Shown here: positions 26,590 to 38,504 of the stretch, in pieces
Position numbering within the stretch: the stretch's first letter is position 1
How the letters are laid out: each line of letters starts with the position of its first letter
Origin: Chiloscyllium plagiosum
Taxonomy: Eukaryota
Direction of reading: 5' to 3'
DNA length: 63,919 bases
Assembly: GCF_004010195.1 (NCBI RefSeq)
Contig: NC_057720.1
Location: 35,142,792 to 35,206,710 of the forward strand
Position numbers and translations under genes: made by a program
The notes under the pieces: model-generated
Seen by the model: only the letters and a program-made list of their open reading frames with translations
Told to the model about the DNA's origin: nothing
The model's database searches: none

Positions 26590-28170
26590 AATATTTTTGA
26601 GAAAAAAGACACATTTTATGAAAGCTTTCCTTCTTGCACCTATCAAGACAATTTGTAATGATACCAAAATAAGGGAAACCAACATTTATACAGTATGAGG
26701 GCAGCGTATTGATGGGTTAACAAGCTAACTCCATTCAGTAGATATGTTGCCATAAAGAATACCTGTCAACAATTTCTGACTGTTCCCTGCCAAGCTTTGT
26801 TTAAGTTATAAACCTAGCAGGTTGACCCAGATTAGTTAAGGCATTGACCTAAGAAATGAACCAGAGAATGGTTGTCACCTATTTTGATGAGGTGAAACAG
26901 ATGCAGTGTGTGTACCTGTTCTTTGTGTTAATATATGGTTCTTCCAGTACATCCAAGTCCACCACTCTGTTAACCCGCTGACAGTGTTAAATTTGTTGTC
27001 ACTTAATTCTTTGCACAATTAGGATTATTCATCTGATTTTTGTCTAATTGCAGAATTGCATATTCTGTTGGATACTGTAGAGTTTTGCAAGCATGAGCTG
27101 GTTGGGTATTGTCTCTGCCATGCTTATAGCAAACGGCCAAAGAGATATGATCCCCAAGTCTTTTGGATGTACAGCCTCTATACCTGGCATCACGCTGTGT
27201 TGAAATCATATACCACATTTCTCATTTGTGTCATAGACTCATAGAGTCTTAGAGATGTACAGCACAGAAGCAAACTTTGGTCCAACTCGCTCATGCCAAC
27301 CAAATATCCAAAATGAATCTAGTCCCGTTTGCCAGCATTTGGTCCACATCCTTCTAACCCCTTCCTACTCATATATCCATTCAAATTCCTTTTAAATGTA
27401 ATTGTACCTGCTCCACCCACTTCCTCTGTCAGTTAATTCCATACACGTACCACCCTCTGTGTGAAAATGTTGCCCCACTCACCTTAAACCTATGTCCTCT
27501 AATTTTGGACTCCCTTACCTGGGGAAAAGACTTTGACTATTCACACTCTCCATGCTTCTCATGATTTTATAGACTTTTGTAAGATCACCCCTCAGCCTCC
27601 AACACTCTAGGAAAATAGCCGCAGCGTATTCAGCCTCTCCTTATAGCATAAACCCTCTAACTCTGACAACACTCTTGTAAATCTCTTCTGGACACTTTCA
27701 AGTTTAACGTCTTTCTCACAACAGGGAGAAGAGAATACAGAATTCTAAAAATGGCCCGACCAATGCCCTGTACAGCCCCAACACGACACCTCAACTCCTA
27801 TACTCAATGCACTGACCCATAGGCATCTCTTTAACTTGACAGCAGCATCCTGTTAGTGCCAAATACCACTTGTCTTGCCACTGCATAGTAGGAGTGTGAA
27901 ATTGCATATTATGTTGGACACTGTTGAGTTTTGCAAGCAGCGAACATCATCAGTTGCTCAAACCTTTGATATACTTTACCTTCCAGGATTAAACACGACT
28001 TTGCAAAATATACTACGAGAAGAAATTATGTGTTCAGGGTAGTCATGATACTGCAGAAAGGCTTTGTTGTGCCCAATTTCTGCATCAAGCTTGCACAACG
28101 AACAAATGTCTTGATTTTTATTTATAAGGTCAATTTTATAGCACATGAAACTGCAGGAATCCCAATGCAT
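26590..28170 (-). mobile_element. Degenerate Penelope-like element: RT thumb, GIY-YIG endonuclease and 3' end, interrupted by CR1
   Basis: ORF 27003..27218 DARYRGCTSKRLGDHI..NNPNCAKN (GIY-YIG-like). ORF 27976..28170 WDSCS..YKIDLI..ICSLCKLDAEI..DYPEHII (PLE RT thumb-like). The 3' end is homologous to 29190-29540. Confidence 0.75.
27230..27820 (-). mobile_element. CR1 3' end nested in the PLE
   Basis: Tail gtcatagactcatagagtc; homologous to 20153-20697 and 55575-56255. Confidence 0.85.
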
Positions 28171-28487
28171 ATTAGATTAGATTACATTACAGTGTGGAAA
28201 CAGGCCCTTCGGCCCAACAAGTCCACACCGACCCGCCGAAGTGAAACCCACCCATACCCCTACATTTACCCCTTACCTAACACTACGGGCAATTTAGCAT
28301 GGCCAATTCACCTGACCCTGCACATCTTTTGGACTGTGAGAGGAAACCGGAGCACCCGGAGGAAACCCACGCAGACACGGGGAGAACGTGCAAACTCCAC
28401 ACAGTCAGTCGCCTGAGGTGGGAATTGAACCCGGGTCTCAGGCGCTGTGAGGCAGCAGTGCTAACTACTGTGCCACCGTGCCACCCA
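28171..28487 (-). mobile_element. HE1-like SINE (young, CpG-rich)
   Basis: Full head to tail with many intact CpGs, (TCTAA)n-like tail, and tgcatat on both flanks. Confidence 0.92.
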
Positions 28488-28629
28488 CCGTGCATATATT
28501 AACCATTGATGGCAGTCAGTGCACTGGAAACCATATAAGTTAATTTACAGGCCCCTGTTCTTTACAAATAGAAAGAATAGGTACACACATACTTTACAAT
28601 TCCCCTGATGGTTTATTCTCAGCACCACA

Positions 28630-28694
28630 AAGCCAGTGCTGCAATTGAGAGCGTGTCTGACTACGGATCAGAAGATTATAGATTGTCTGGCTCG
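28630..28694 (+). pseudogene. tRNA-Arg(ACG) pseudogene with disrupted T-arm
   Basis: gccagtg..gcaat.ga.a.cg.gTCTGACTACGGATCAGAAGATT..ctggctcg matches vertebrate tRNA-Arg-ACG. The anticodon arm TCTGA-CTACGGA-TCAGA is intact; the GTTCGA T-loop/B-box is lost. Confidence 0.75.
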
Positions 28695-28714
28695 AGTGCA
28701 GTTCACAACTTTTG

Positions 28715-29062
28715 GGACGGTACAGTGGCTCAGTGGTTAGCACTGCTGCCTCACAATGTCATGGACCTGGGTTTGATTCCATCCTCAGGCAACTGTCTGT
28801 GTGGAGTTTGCACATTCTTCTCATGTCTGCATGGGTTTCCTCCAGGTGCTCCTCTCACAGTCCAAAGTTGTGCAAGTAGGTGGATTGGCCATGCTAAATT
28901 GTCCATAGTGTCCAGGGATGTGCAAGTTAGATGGATTAACCATGGGAAATGCAGGGTTACAGTGATGAGGTAGGGGGTTGGAAATGAGTGGGATGTTCTT
29001 TGGAGGATTGATGTGGACTTTATGAGCCAAATGACCTGCTTCCACACTGTAGGGATTCTATG
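28715..29062 (+). mobile_element. HE1-like SINE
   Basis: Head ggacggtacagtggctcagtggttagcactgctgcc; tail tccacactgtagggattctatg. Confidence 0.9.
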
Positions 29063-29189
29063 GATTCTTCTGCGCTGACTTCTGAGGTTTATGCGCAGCA
29101 TGGACCTCTGAAATTGGAAGTCAATGCTGGGAAAAAGGTCGGCATACCACTCAGCATGCGCAGACCCTTGGAGTGGCTGTGAGGAAAGG

Positions 29190-29540
29190 TTGCACACACT
29201 ACACCTGTTTCACATCAACAAAACAGTTGACAAATATTCAGTTTCATTTCTCAGAACAATTCCTTGACTAATTAGTCAACTGGCCTGGTTTAAAATTGAA
29301 ACAACAGCTTGATAGTTAACTATCAATCATCTTTAATTGGTGTATTCTCCATGACAACACCTCTACCAATCAGATTCCACTTGCCAACCAATCAGCACTA
29401 CCCTGTAATATAATGTAAATATCAGATTGCCCCTACATTCTAATCTTGCAAACAGACCTGATGAATGCAAGACAAAAAGCTTCAATAAAATGTGTCTTTC
29501 TTCAGCAATACTGAAGTTCACCAAGACCAAACTACTACTT
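29190..29540 (+). mobile_element. PLE 3' end with degenerate hammerhead core
   Basis: Homologous to the reverse complement of 26590-26920. Contains cCTGATGAatgcaagacaaaaagcttc at about 29457. Confidence 0.6.
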
Positions 29541-29704
29541 GAAGTGCCTTTTCCTGAATTAACATACCTTTATTTAAAACTGTCATTGTACTTCTGAGGA
29601 GTGTTGCAATGAAGTCTACATCAGCCAATCAATTTTGCTCAACATTTTCTGTACAGCAAGCCTAAGGTCACCACACATTCAAGTTCCATTCATTTGTCTC
29701 TCTT

Positions 29705-29907
29705 CAAGCAGTTTATAGCTTCATTTGAACAGCTAACACTCCCATTCACTCTTACCTTATTGCCCTGTTGCACACATGCCTTAGGGCGGCACGGTGGCAC
29801 AGTGGTTAGCACTGCTGCCTCGCAGCGCCAAGCAGTTTATAGCTTCATTTGAACAGCTAACACTCCCATTCACTCTTACCTTATTGCCCTGTTGCACACA
29901 TGCCTTA
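29705..29907 (+). repeat. 79-bp perfect direct repeat enclosing a 45-bp HE1 SINE head
   Basis: 29705-29783 equals 29829-29907. Insert 29784-29828 is gggcggcacggtggcacagtggttagcactgctgcctcgcagcgc. Confidence 0.9.
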
Positions 29908-30029
29908 ACAGTCATTATCCACAAAGGTTCTTCTCTGCTACCCAATTAATACTCATATTTCACTGTTTTCTCAGCTTGCAGAATGGAGCAATAAAAGTTC
30001 AAAAGAAGGTTAGAGGCCAGGATGGGGGA

Positions 30030-30195
30030 GACCTCCAGCAGCAGCCACCTTGTTGCCTGGTGACATGCAAGCCCAGGTGGTCCACTGGGAAGGAGGTCCT
30101 GTTCCAGGAAGCTTCAAATGTCAACAAAGAGCTGTTATAAACCCGAGGCAGTGGTGTTCATACATGGAACAAGAGCTGATTTTCTGTCTGTAAAT
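30030..30195 (-). pseudogene. PIF/Harbinger transposase N-terminal relic
   Basis: Minus-strand frames give YRQKISSCSMYEHHCL / VDI*SFLEQDLLPSGPPGLA / SPGNKVAAA, resembling from memory the helix-turn-helix region preceding the DDE domain of HARBI1-like transposases. Contains frameshifts and a stop. Confidence 0.45.
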
Positions 30196-32109
30196 TCAAT
30201 GTTGGGGATGGATTCTCATCTTTTTGGTATTGGATATCTGTATCTATCCCCTCTGATCTGTGAAGTGGCATGTCATTGAGGATAAGACAATTGGTACATC
30301 AGTTCTGTTGTTGCTATTCCCTTTATTCTTTGTCACGGGTGCAAGGTAGAGTCGCATAGGCTGCTTCCATGCTACGCCATATGCTGACGGCAAGGAATTG
30401 CAGCAGAACGTGAGCAAAATATAAGGTCAAGTTAACAATTCCATATCAAGCACTGAAAGCACTCTGTGAGAAGGGGTACCATAAACAGCAGCCTTTTATA
30501 TTGCCATGTCTATAGCTCCTTAACTTCAATGATCAAAGGTTTCCCACCTAACTGGTACACCCACGTAGCACTCACTGCTCAGTACTGACCTCGGTGGCCA
30601 TGGACAGTTCCACATAGCTTAGATGTTAAATGCAGAATCCTTGCTTAAAACAGAACTTAGTTGTTTATTATTGTATTTAAGTACATTACCTGCCAGCTGA
30701 ATGGAGATACCCCATTTACCTTCAACATCTTGGGTGAATGGAATGATGTCAGATTCCCAGCCCAAGTGTCATTTTCAGGGATTTAATTCTTCCCACACAT
30801 TCCAAACCACCTGCTTTTGCCTGGAAAAGCTCCCACTGAAAACTCAATGAACTGAAATTCCTAACATTAATTCACTGAAGACTCGCCAATGACATGGACT
30901 ACCTCACTTATATGACTATGTTCTCTCTGGGGATAGTTGGTGGTCTAATTCCTTCTCTTGACATAACAAATTTGATTCATACAGCACCTTTAACATTAAA
31001 AAACCCCTTTAGCACTTGACAAAGGTGTCATCAAAATAACAGATGCTGAGCCAAGGAAAGAAGACAATACAATAAGAGAGTAAAAACTGCATTGAGTCTT
31101 ATATTCAGGATATTGATTAATATATTTGTGCAAAAATTCCAATATACATTATTTTCCCAGTCATGAATATACTTAAGGTGAATAGATCAAAAAAATTTAC
31201 ACAAGGATATTGGACACTACACATAAAGAAATGCCTGGTAGAAATTCAAATCCTTATATGATACCTACTTGTTGTTGTGGACTGTTTCATGATATCTAAA
31301 TGAATACTCAACATATTCTTATAAAATAAACAGAGCATCATATAGATGAAGGAACATTCTAGCAATTTTTAACCTCTGACTGGTGTAACCCAGGCTCCCT
31401 GACAAATCTCCCAGAAAAGAACCTGTGATCAATAACGAACTTCATAAGTGGCATCAAAATGTCTCATGAAAAAAAAATTTAAATGCAAGTAAATGTTATT
31501 ATTTCATTACTATGTGTTCAACTTCAGTCATATTTTTACAAACATGATATATTTAAAATGTGTCCCTGATGCAGTGACGCAATAAATGGAAAGTATGCTA
31601 TGCATAGAAACAAACAACTTTTATATGCTGACTTTGCCAAGTTAATAGATTGCTCCAGTGGAAACAGTTTTTGCTCTTTTCCATAAAAATATATAGTTTT
31701 TAGATCGGCATCTGTGAGTAATCATAATAATGACCTCCTATGAGAGTTGATGTTGATGTCCCTGGTATAGGTGGTGCATCCTCTCCAGGGCCAGGTTTTC
31801 CATTGAACAGTGAAGATTGGTTTTATGCATTTTTCTCCAAATGTTTAAAACTGTTTTCCTCTGTTTGTGTTACTTTTTGTATTTGTACTACATTGGATAA
31901 GCATTTTTATTTTGAAATGTCATTCCTTCATTCAGATTCTATGCCACATTTTGTATGCCACTTCAGCTACCAAGAAAGTAGATCCCTGCTGACAATAGTT
32001 ATATGGTAAGGAGAAGCTGTATAAGAGAATCTGCCCATGTTTTTCAATTGAACCTTGTAAACAGTTGCTTAACCATAACTATAAATATACCATAATATTA
32101 AGATGAATA

Positions 32110-32635
32110 GAATATTCAGGAAAAGAGTTGGCCCAACAAGGACCAACAGGGCAATCTGTGCAGAGCCAGAAGACACTGGCAAGGTGTGAAACAAGTAATA
32201 CACCAGGATGTTGCCCAGGCAGAACTATTTAGCTATGAAGAGAGGCTAGGTAATCTCAGATGTTTTCTTTAAAGCAGAAAAGGCTGGAGTGTGATCTGAT
32301 TGAGGTGCACGCTTATGAGGGGCATGGACAGGGTAGACAAGAGCAGCTGTTCCCCTTAGTTGAAGGATCAATAACAAGCATAATTGTCAAGTGAAAGGCA
32401 GGGGATTTGAGGTTTTTGTTTCACCCAGCGGGCAGTAGGAATTGGAATGCAGTGCTTGAGAAGTAATTGAGGAGGAAAACCCCACAGCCATTAAAAGATA
32501 CATGGATGATCACTTGTAATGTTATATCATTCAAGTGTATGGAACCAAAGTGCTGGAAATTAGTATTAGTCCAGTTGGATCGAATACAGACTTGATGAGC
32601 CAAAGCGCCTCTTATGTGCCGTATGACTCTATGAG
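32110..32635 (+). mobile_element. Internally deleted CR1 fragment
   Basis: RVGP..DQQGNLCAEPED followed directly by the C-terminal remnant (gatctgattgaggtg, MDRVD) and tail tatgactctatg. Confidence 0.65.
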
Positions 32636-33015
32636 CACACTTAGTAATCACTACTTTTGTGCTTGGGGCCTGAGATGTAGGGTTGTTTGGGTGAGGCAGG
32701 ACTACTATCAGACTTACAGAAAGAGCCTTCAAACTGTAACTAAAGCAAAAAGTTAAGAAGATGAAGAGGATTAAAACTGACATCAATGGTAATCGGGGAT
32801 GATCACTTTACTCGTCAGAGCACTATCTTGCCCAAATGCAGATGCACGTGGTTGTTGGAACCAATGGTCTCAGCTGACATCGTCACAGGCTTTTCTCAGG
32901 GTAGTGTCCTCGGTCAGCTATCTTTAGCTACTTTATGTATGACCTTCCCTCCAACATTTAATCAGAAGCGGGGATGTTCATTTAATTCAAAGTGATAAAT
33001 CTTTTCACAAAAAAA

Positions 33016-33130
33016 CTGAAATCTGTAGTAAAAAAGAAGTTGCTGTAAAATCTCAGCAGGTCTGTCAGCATCTGTGGATAGAAATCAGAGTTAATGTTTT
33101 GGGTCTAGTGACCACTCTTCAGAACTGAGC
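33016..33130 (-). mobile_element. PLE terminus with degenerate hammerhead
   Basis: Reverse complement cagttCTGAAGAgtggtcactagacccaaaacattaact; homologous to 41566-41657 and 60700-60827. Confidence 0.6.
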
Positions 33131-33203
33131 TCTGTTTTGGTTTTAGATAAATCTTACCCTCTCCTTGATGGTAGGAAAGGATAATTGGGTGGTAAAATAA
33201 TAG

Positions 33204-33260
33204 CTGAAAATGTGTTGCTGGAAAAGCGCAGCAGGTCAGGCAGCATCCAAGGAACAGGAG
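33204..33260 (-). mobile_element. PLE terminal micro-insertion with 10-bp TSD
   Basis: ctgaaaatgtgttgctggaaaagcgcagcagg...ggag, flanked by aaaataatag at 33194-33203 and 33261-33270. Confidence 0.75.
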
Positions 33261-33307
33261 AAAATAATAGAATTGAATGACACAACCCCAACCTGTTACA
33301 TTTGCTA

Positions 33308-33473
33308 AACATCACACAACACCAGGTTATAGTCCAACAGGTTTAATTGGAAGCACACTAGCTTTCGGAGCGACGCTCCTTCATCAGGTGATTGTGGAGG
33401 GCTCGATCGTAACACAGAATTTATAGCAAAAATTTGCAGTGTGATGTAACTGAAATTATACATTGAAGAATTA
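33308..33473 (-). mobile_element. PLE 3' end (second family) with intact hammerhead core and 12-bp TSD
   Basis: tgttacatttgc is duplicated at 33294-33305 and 33474-33485. Hammerhead core at 33356-33390. Confidence 0.75.
33356..33390 (-). ncRNA. Minimal hammerhead ribozyme motif
   Basis: cac CUGAUGA a GGAGC guc GCUCC GAAAG CUA gug. Stem I cac/gug, 5-bp stem II, AGCU palindrome at stem III. Confidence 0.7.
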
Positions 33474-34041
33474 TGTTACATTTGCAGTTGTTATAACTTT
33501 AAGTGTGACATTAGCAAATTCCACTTCAGAAAAGGTGTAGCGCTTATTATAGCATTTCCATTACGTTCTCAAAGTGTAACTGGGAGCATGATTTAAATTT
33601 ATCCATTAGTGAGTGGGCTGAGGAAATTCAGCAGTCAATAGGAGATGGAAAAATCTGGATGCATCAGCTCGATTCTTTTTAGTGCACAGCCTGTGGGCTA
33701 AAAAGAATAGGAGATATCCCCATGACTTGTCAAGCAAATACAACCCTACAATCTCTCCCTGTTACATTTCAATAAGGATCAGGAGGCTGAAGTGTTAAAT
33801 ATCAGAATGAACTTTAATAAAAAGGTATTTACTCTGCAGGCAACAGGATTAGACAAAATATTTCTCCCCCAAAATGGTTGTTGATGTCATCATGACACTA
33901 CAAAGTGATAGTCCACCTATGTGCCAAATACACAACACTCCCAGCCCAAATTCCCTCTTGATTCCTGCTTAAGCCTCCACCTTCCACCTTATGATATTGC
34001 TGTCTTCCAGTCCACTTGTTAGTTTGAGCTCTCATCACTGC

Positions 34042-34370
34042 AGGTGGCACAGTGGATAGCAATGCTGCCTCACAGCACCAGGGACCCGGATTCAATTCCA
34101 TCCTTGGGTGACTGTCTGTGTGGAGTTTGCACATTCTTCTGTGTCTGCGTGGGTTTCCTCCAGGTGCTCCAGTTTCCTCCCACAATCCAAAGATGTGCAG
34201 GTCAGGTGAATTGGCCATAGTGTTCAGGGATGCGTAGGTTAGCTGTATTAATCAGGGGTAAATGTAGGATAATAGTGTAGGGGAATGGGTCTAGGTGGGT
34301 TACTCTTTGGAGGCTCAGTGTGAACTTGTTGGGCCGAAGGGCATGTTTCCACACTGTCGGGATTCTAATT
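34042..34370 (+). mobile_element. HE1-like SINE
   Basis: Head, central domain and tail as in the other copies. Confidence 0.9.
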
Positions 34371-35129
34371 CACCCACTAACCTCCCTGCCAACAGCAGCC
34401 TCCTGAACAGATCAACCCCCAATCTTTCCCATTGGCAAAGCAACTTTTATGCCTGACAGCAAATCCATCTAGAATTTAAAATGATTTGGATGCCCTGTAA
34501 TTAGTTCTGGTAAGGCCTGCACTTCCCTCAGATTTCCACGTCCTTCTCCACCATACCTCACCCCAACCAAGAAATCAACACCTTTCCCACTTCACCAAAT
34601 ATATTGATTCTTATTATTTTTCTCAAACTATTGGGAAATTTTGGTAATGAAAGTAACCTTAACTGTTAACATGTGATGTAGCTGCGTGGGCCACTGAACC
34701 TAAAGGATGAGTCTATAACTATGTGGATGAAAAAAAAACAATATGCATCTATCTTGTGGAGCTCGTGTGGTTTTATCACATTGTATCCTGATGCATTCAG
34801 GGAGTTGTCACCCTTCAGCGTATACTAGTAAAAATGTTCTTTTTGGGAAGAGTCAAAACAAACAAATGAGTCTTGCAGTATGTTACAACCTAGTGCAACC
34901 TTTTCATTGCAGATATATAAACAAAACACGTGTGGGTTTATAGGCCTACTCTGGAGCAGGTGCAACTTGACCCAGGCCTTCTAGAGCAGAGATAATGACA
35001 CTACCACCATTCCACAACATCCCATTCACTACTCAGTCTTACCTTATATCTTTCTCTTTTCCTTAGTTTTTATTAGACTCAGTCTTACACCACTCCCAAC
35101 TGTTTCCTTTTACATCTTCCCAATCAGTT

Positions 35130-35760
35130 TTAGGAGCATAGGACCGAGGAGCAGGATTAGATCAATAGATCATAGAACATAGAACATAGAACATAGAAGA
35201 ATACAGCGCAGTACAGGCCCTTTGGCCCTCGATGTTGCGCCGATCCAAGCCCACCTAACCTACACGAGACCACTATCTTCATACTGTCGTCCCTATCTAA
35301 CCCCCTAATCATCTTGTACACCTCAATCAAGTCACCCCTAAACCTTCTTTTCTCTAATGAAAACAGCCCCAAGTGTCTCAGTCTTTCCTCATACGATCTT
35401 CAGATCCTTTGAGTCTGTTTCGCAATTCCATGAGATCTGGCTGATTTGGATGTGGGCTCAGTTCCAGTTTGGCTCTGACTCCCCAATCAATCAAAAATCT
35501 ATCGAACATAGTTTTGAACAAACTTAATAACCCAGCCTCCACTATTTTCTGAGGAAGACAATTCTACAGACAGAAAAACCTCTGACAGAAAAAATGCTTT
35601 CCTCATCTCTGTCTTAAAAGAGAGATATTTTGTTTTCATAAACTGTATCCATTAGTTCCAGTCTCCCCCAAATCAGGAAACATCCTTCCAATTTGCATCC
35701 TACTAATTCCTCATAGGATCGTATATCTTTCAATATTATCACCTCTCGTTCTTCTTAACT
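35130..35760 (-). mobile_element. Old CR1 3' end with a nested young CR1 3' end at about 35170-35400 ((TTCTATG)n tail)
   Basis: ORF 35157..35372 [26 protein letters not shown]; catagaa repeats at 35171-35198. Confidence 0.75.
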
Positions 35761-35762
35761 CC

Positions 35763-36137
35763 ACTTCAACCCCAGGGCATCAATGTGGACTTCAACAGTT
35801 TCCTCATTTCCCCTTCCCCCACCTCACCCTAGTTCCAAATTTCCAGCTCAGCTCTGTCCCCATGACTTGTCCGGACATGTCCTACCTGCCCATCTCCTTT
35901 TCCACCTATCCACTCCATCCTCTCCTCCCTGACCTATCACCTTCATTCCCTCCCCCACTCACCCATTGTACTCTATGCTACTTTCTCCCCACCCCCACCC
36001 TCCTCGAACTTATCTCTCTACGCTTCAGGCTCACTGCCTTTATTCCTGATGAAGGGCTTTTTCCTGAAATGTCGATTTCGCTGCTCCTTGGATGCTGCCT
36101 GAACTGCTGTGCTCTTCCAGCACCACTGATCCAGAAT
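35763..36137 (+). mobile_element. PLE 3' end with CpG-decayed hammerhead core
   Basis: Homologous to 5075-5410. Begins with PQGINVDF-like coding end; CTGATGAagggctttttcctGAAATGTC at about 36046. Confidence 0.75.
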
Positions 36138-37692
36138 AAGACCATAAGACCATAAGACATAGGAGCAGAAGTAAGGCCATTTGGCCCATCGAGTCCACTC
36201 CGCCATTCAATCATGGCTTTTGGGCATTTCAACTCCACTTACCCGCATTCTCCCCGTAGCCCTTAATTCCTTGTGACATCAAGAATTTATCAATTTCTGT
36301 CTTGAAGACATTTAGCGTCCCAGCCTCCACTGCACTCTGTGGCAATGAATTCCACAGACCCACCACTCTCTGGCTGAAGAAATGTCTCCGCATTTTTGTT
36401 CTGAATTTACCCCCTCTAATTCGAAGGCTGNNNNNNNNNNNNNNNNNNNNNNNNNNNNNNNNNNNNNNNNNNNNNNNNNNNNNNNNNNNNNNNNNNNNNN
36501 NNNNNNNNNNNNNNNNNNNNNNNNNNNNNNNNNNNNNNNNNNNNNNNNNNNNNNNNNNNNNNNNNNNNNNNNNNNNNNNNNNNNNNNNNNNNNNNNNNNN
36601 NNNNNNNNNNNNNNNNNNNNNNNNNNNNNNNNNNNNNNNNNNNNNNNNNNNNNNNNNNNNNNNNNNNNNNNNNNNNNNNNNNNNNNNNNNNNNNNNNNNN
36701 NNNNNNNNNNNNNNNNNNNNNNNNNNNNNNNNNNNNNNNNNNNNNNNNNNNNNNNNNNNNNNNNNNNNNNNNNNNNNNNNNNNNNNNNNNNNNNNNNNNN
36801 NNNNNNNNNNNNNNNNNNNNNNNNNNNNNNNNNNNNNNNNNNNNNNNNNNNNNNNNNNNNNNNNNNNNNNNNNNNNNNNNNNNNNNNNNNNNNNNNNNNN
36901 NNNNNNNNNNNNNNNNNNNNNNNNNNNTGCGGCCCCAACACTGAATCCTGCGGGACACCGCTTGTCACCGGCTGCCATTCCGAAAAAGAACTCTTTATCC
37001 CAACTCTCTGCCTCCTGTCAGACAGCCAATCCTCTATCCATACCAGTAGCTCACCTCGAACACCATGGGCCCTCACCTTGTTCAGCAGTCTCCCATTTGG
37101 CACCTTATCAAAGGCCTTTTGGAAGTCTAGGTAGATTACATCCACTGGGTTTCCCCGGTCTAACCTACTTGTCACCTCTTCAAAAACTCCAACAGGTTTG
37201 TCAGGCATGACCTCCCCTTACTAAATCCATGTTGACTTGTTCTAATCCGACCTTGCTCTTCCAAGAATTTAGAAACCTCATCCTGAATGATGGATTCTAG
37301 AATTTTACCAATAACCGAGGTTTGGCTAATTGGCCTATAATTTTCCATCTTTTGCCTTGATCCTTTCTTGAACAAGGGGGTTACAACAGCGATCTTCCAA
37401 TCATCTGGGACTTTCCCGGACTCCAGTGACTTTTGAAAGATCTCAACCAACGCCTCCGCTATTTCCTCAGCCACCTCCCTCAGAACTCTAGGATGTAGCC
37501 CATCGGGGCCAGGAGATTTATCAATTTTAAGACCTTTTAGCTTTTCTAGCACTTTCTCTTTTGTAATGGCAACCATACTCAACTCAGCCCCCTGACTCCC
37601 TTTAATTGTTGGGATATTACTCATGTCTTCCACTGTGAAGACTGACGCAAAGTACTTATTAAGTTCTCCTGCTATTTCCTTATCTCCCATCT
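36138..37692 (-). mobile_element. Young CR1 LINE (RT to 3' end) spanning an N-gap
   Basis: ORFs 37172..37690 (KSPGPDGLHPRVL, NYRPIS, SQHGFSKGRSCLTNL) and 36312..37208 (YLDFQKAFDKV, SGVPQDSVLGP). (ataagacc)n tail; the 3' end is near-identical to 6036-6320. Confidence 0.92.
36431..36927. other. Assembly gap (N run)
   Basis: Run of N. Confidence 1.
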
Positions 37693-37789
37693 AAAACCCC
37701 AACTCGTTCAACCATTCTTAATAATATCAGCTCTTTATCCAAGAAATGAATGAAATAAACATTTTCTGAACTGTTCTATTATACCTCAA

Positions 37790-38210
37790 TCCAATCTTCC
37801 CTTAACCTTCTCTGCTCTAAAGAAAACAACTTGAGTTTATCCAGCCTCTCTTCATAGCTAAAATCCTCAGTCCCACCAATGTCCTGACGAATCTCCTCTG
37901 CACCTTCATCACTGCAAACACATTCTTCCTATAGTATGGTGACCTGAACTGCACACAGTCTTTCTGCCAAAGCCTAAAAAAAGTTCTACACACTTCCACG
38001 TGCCTTGCTGTACCCACATACTAATTTTTAATGATTCATATCAGGAGAGGCCCCCAGATTCTTCTGTCATCAAGTTCTGCAATCTCTTTGCTTTTACATT
38101 GAATATTGTTTTTCTATTCTTTCTGACAAAGTAGACAAGTTAACACTTTTCCAGATTGTAATCTATTTCCCAAACATTTGCCCATTGATTTAACCTATCA
38201 AAATCTATTT
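37790..38210 (-). mobile_element. Old CR1 fragment
   Basis: ORF 37817..38017 CVQFRSPYYRKNVFAVMKVQRRF. Confidence 0.65.
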
Positions 38211-38504
38211 CTAAACTCTTAGGGTTGAATCAGATAGTGTCCACTTCATTGAATTTCACAAGGCGCTTCTTTTTGTGAGGCCTAGTAAGAGTTTTCAATG
38301 TATCTTCCCAAACTGGCCACATTGACTACCTACCCTATCCCAATAGAGTACCTCTTGTCCACTACAAGCCTAAATCTAATATTTACTATAGCCAGAACAT
38401 TCCAGTCCTCACTGGATATCCTAGAATAGACCTGCATCCCTGTACCAGCACTGTTTTTAAAACATTGTTGTATTCCCAGTAAAGCACTGGCAGTCTGTTC
38501 TCTC

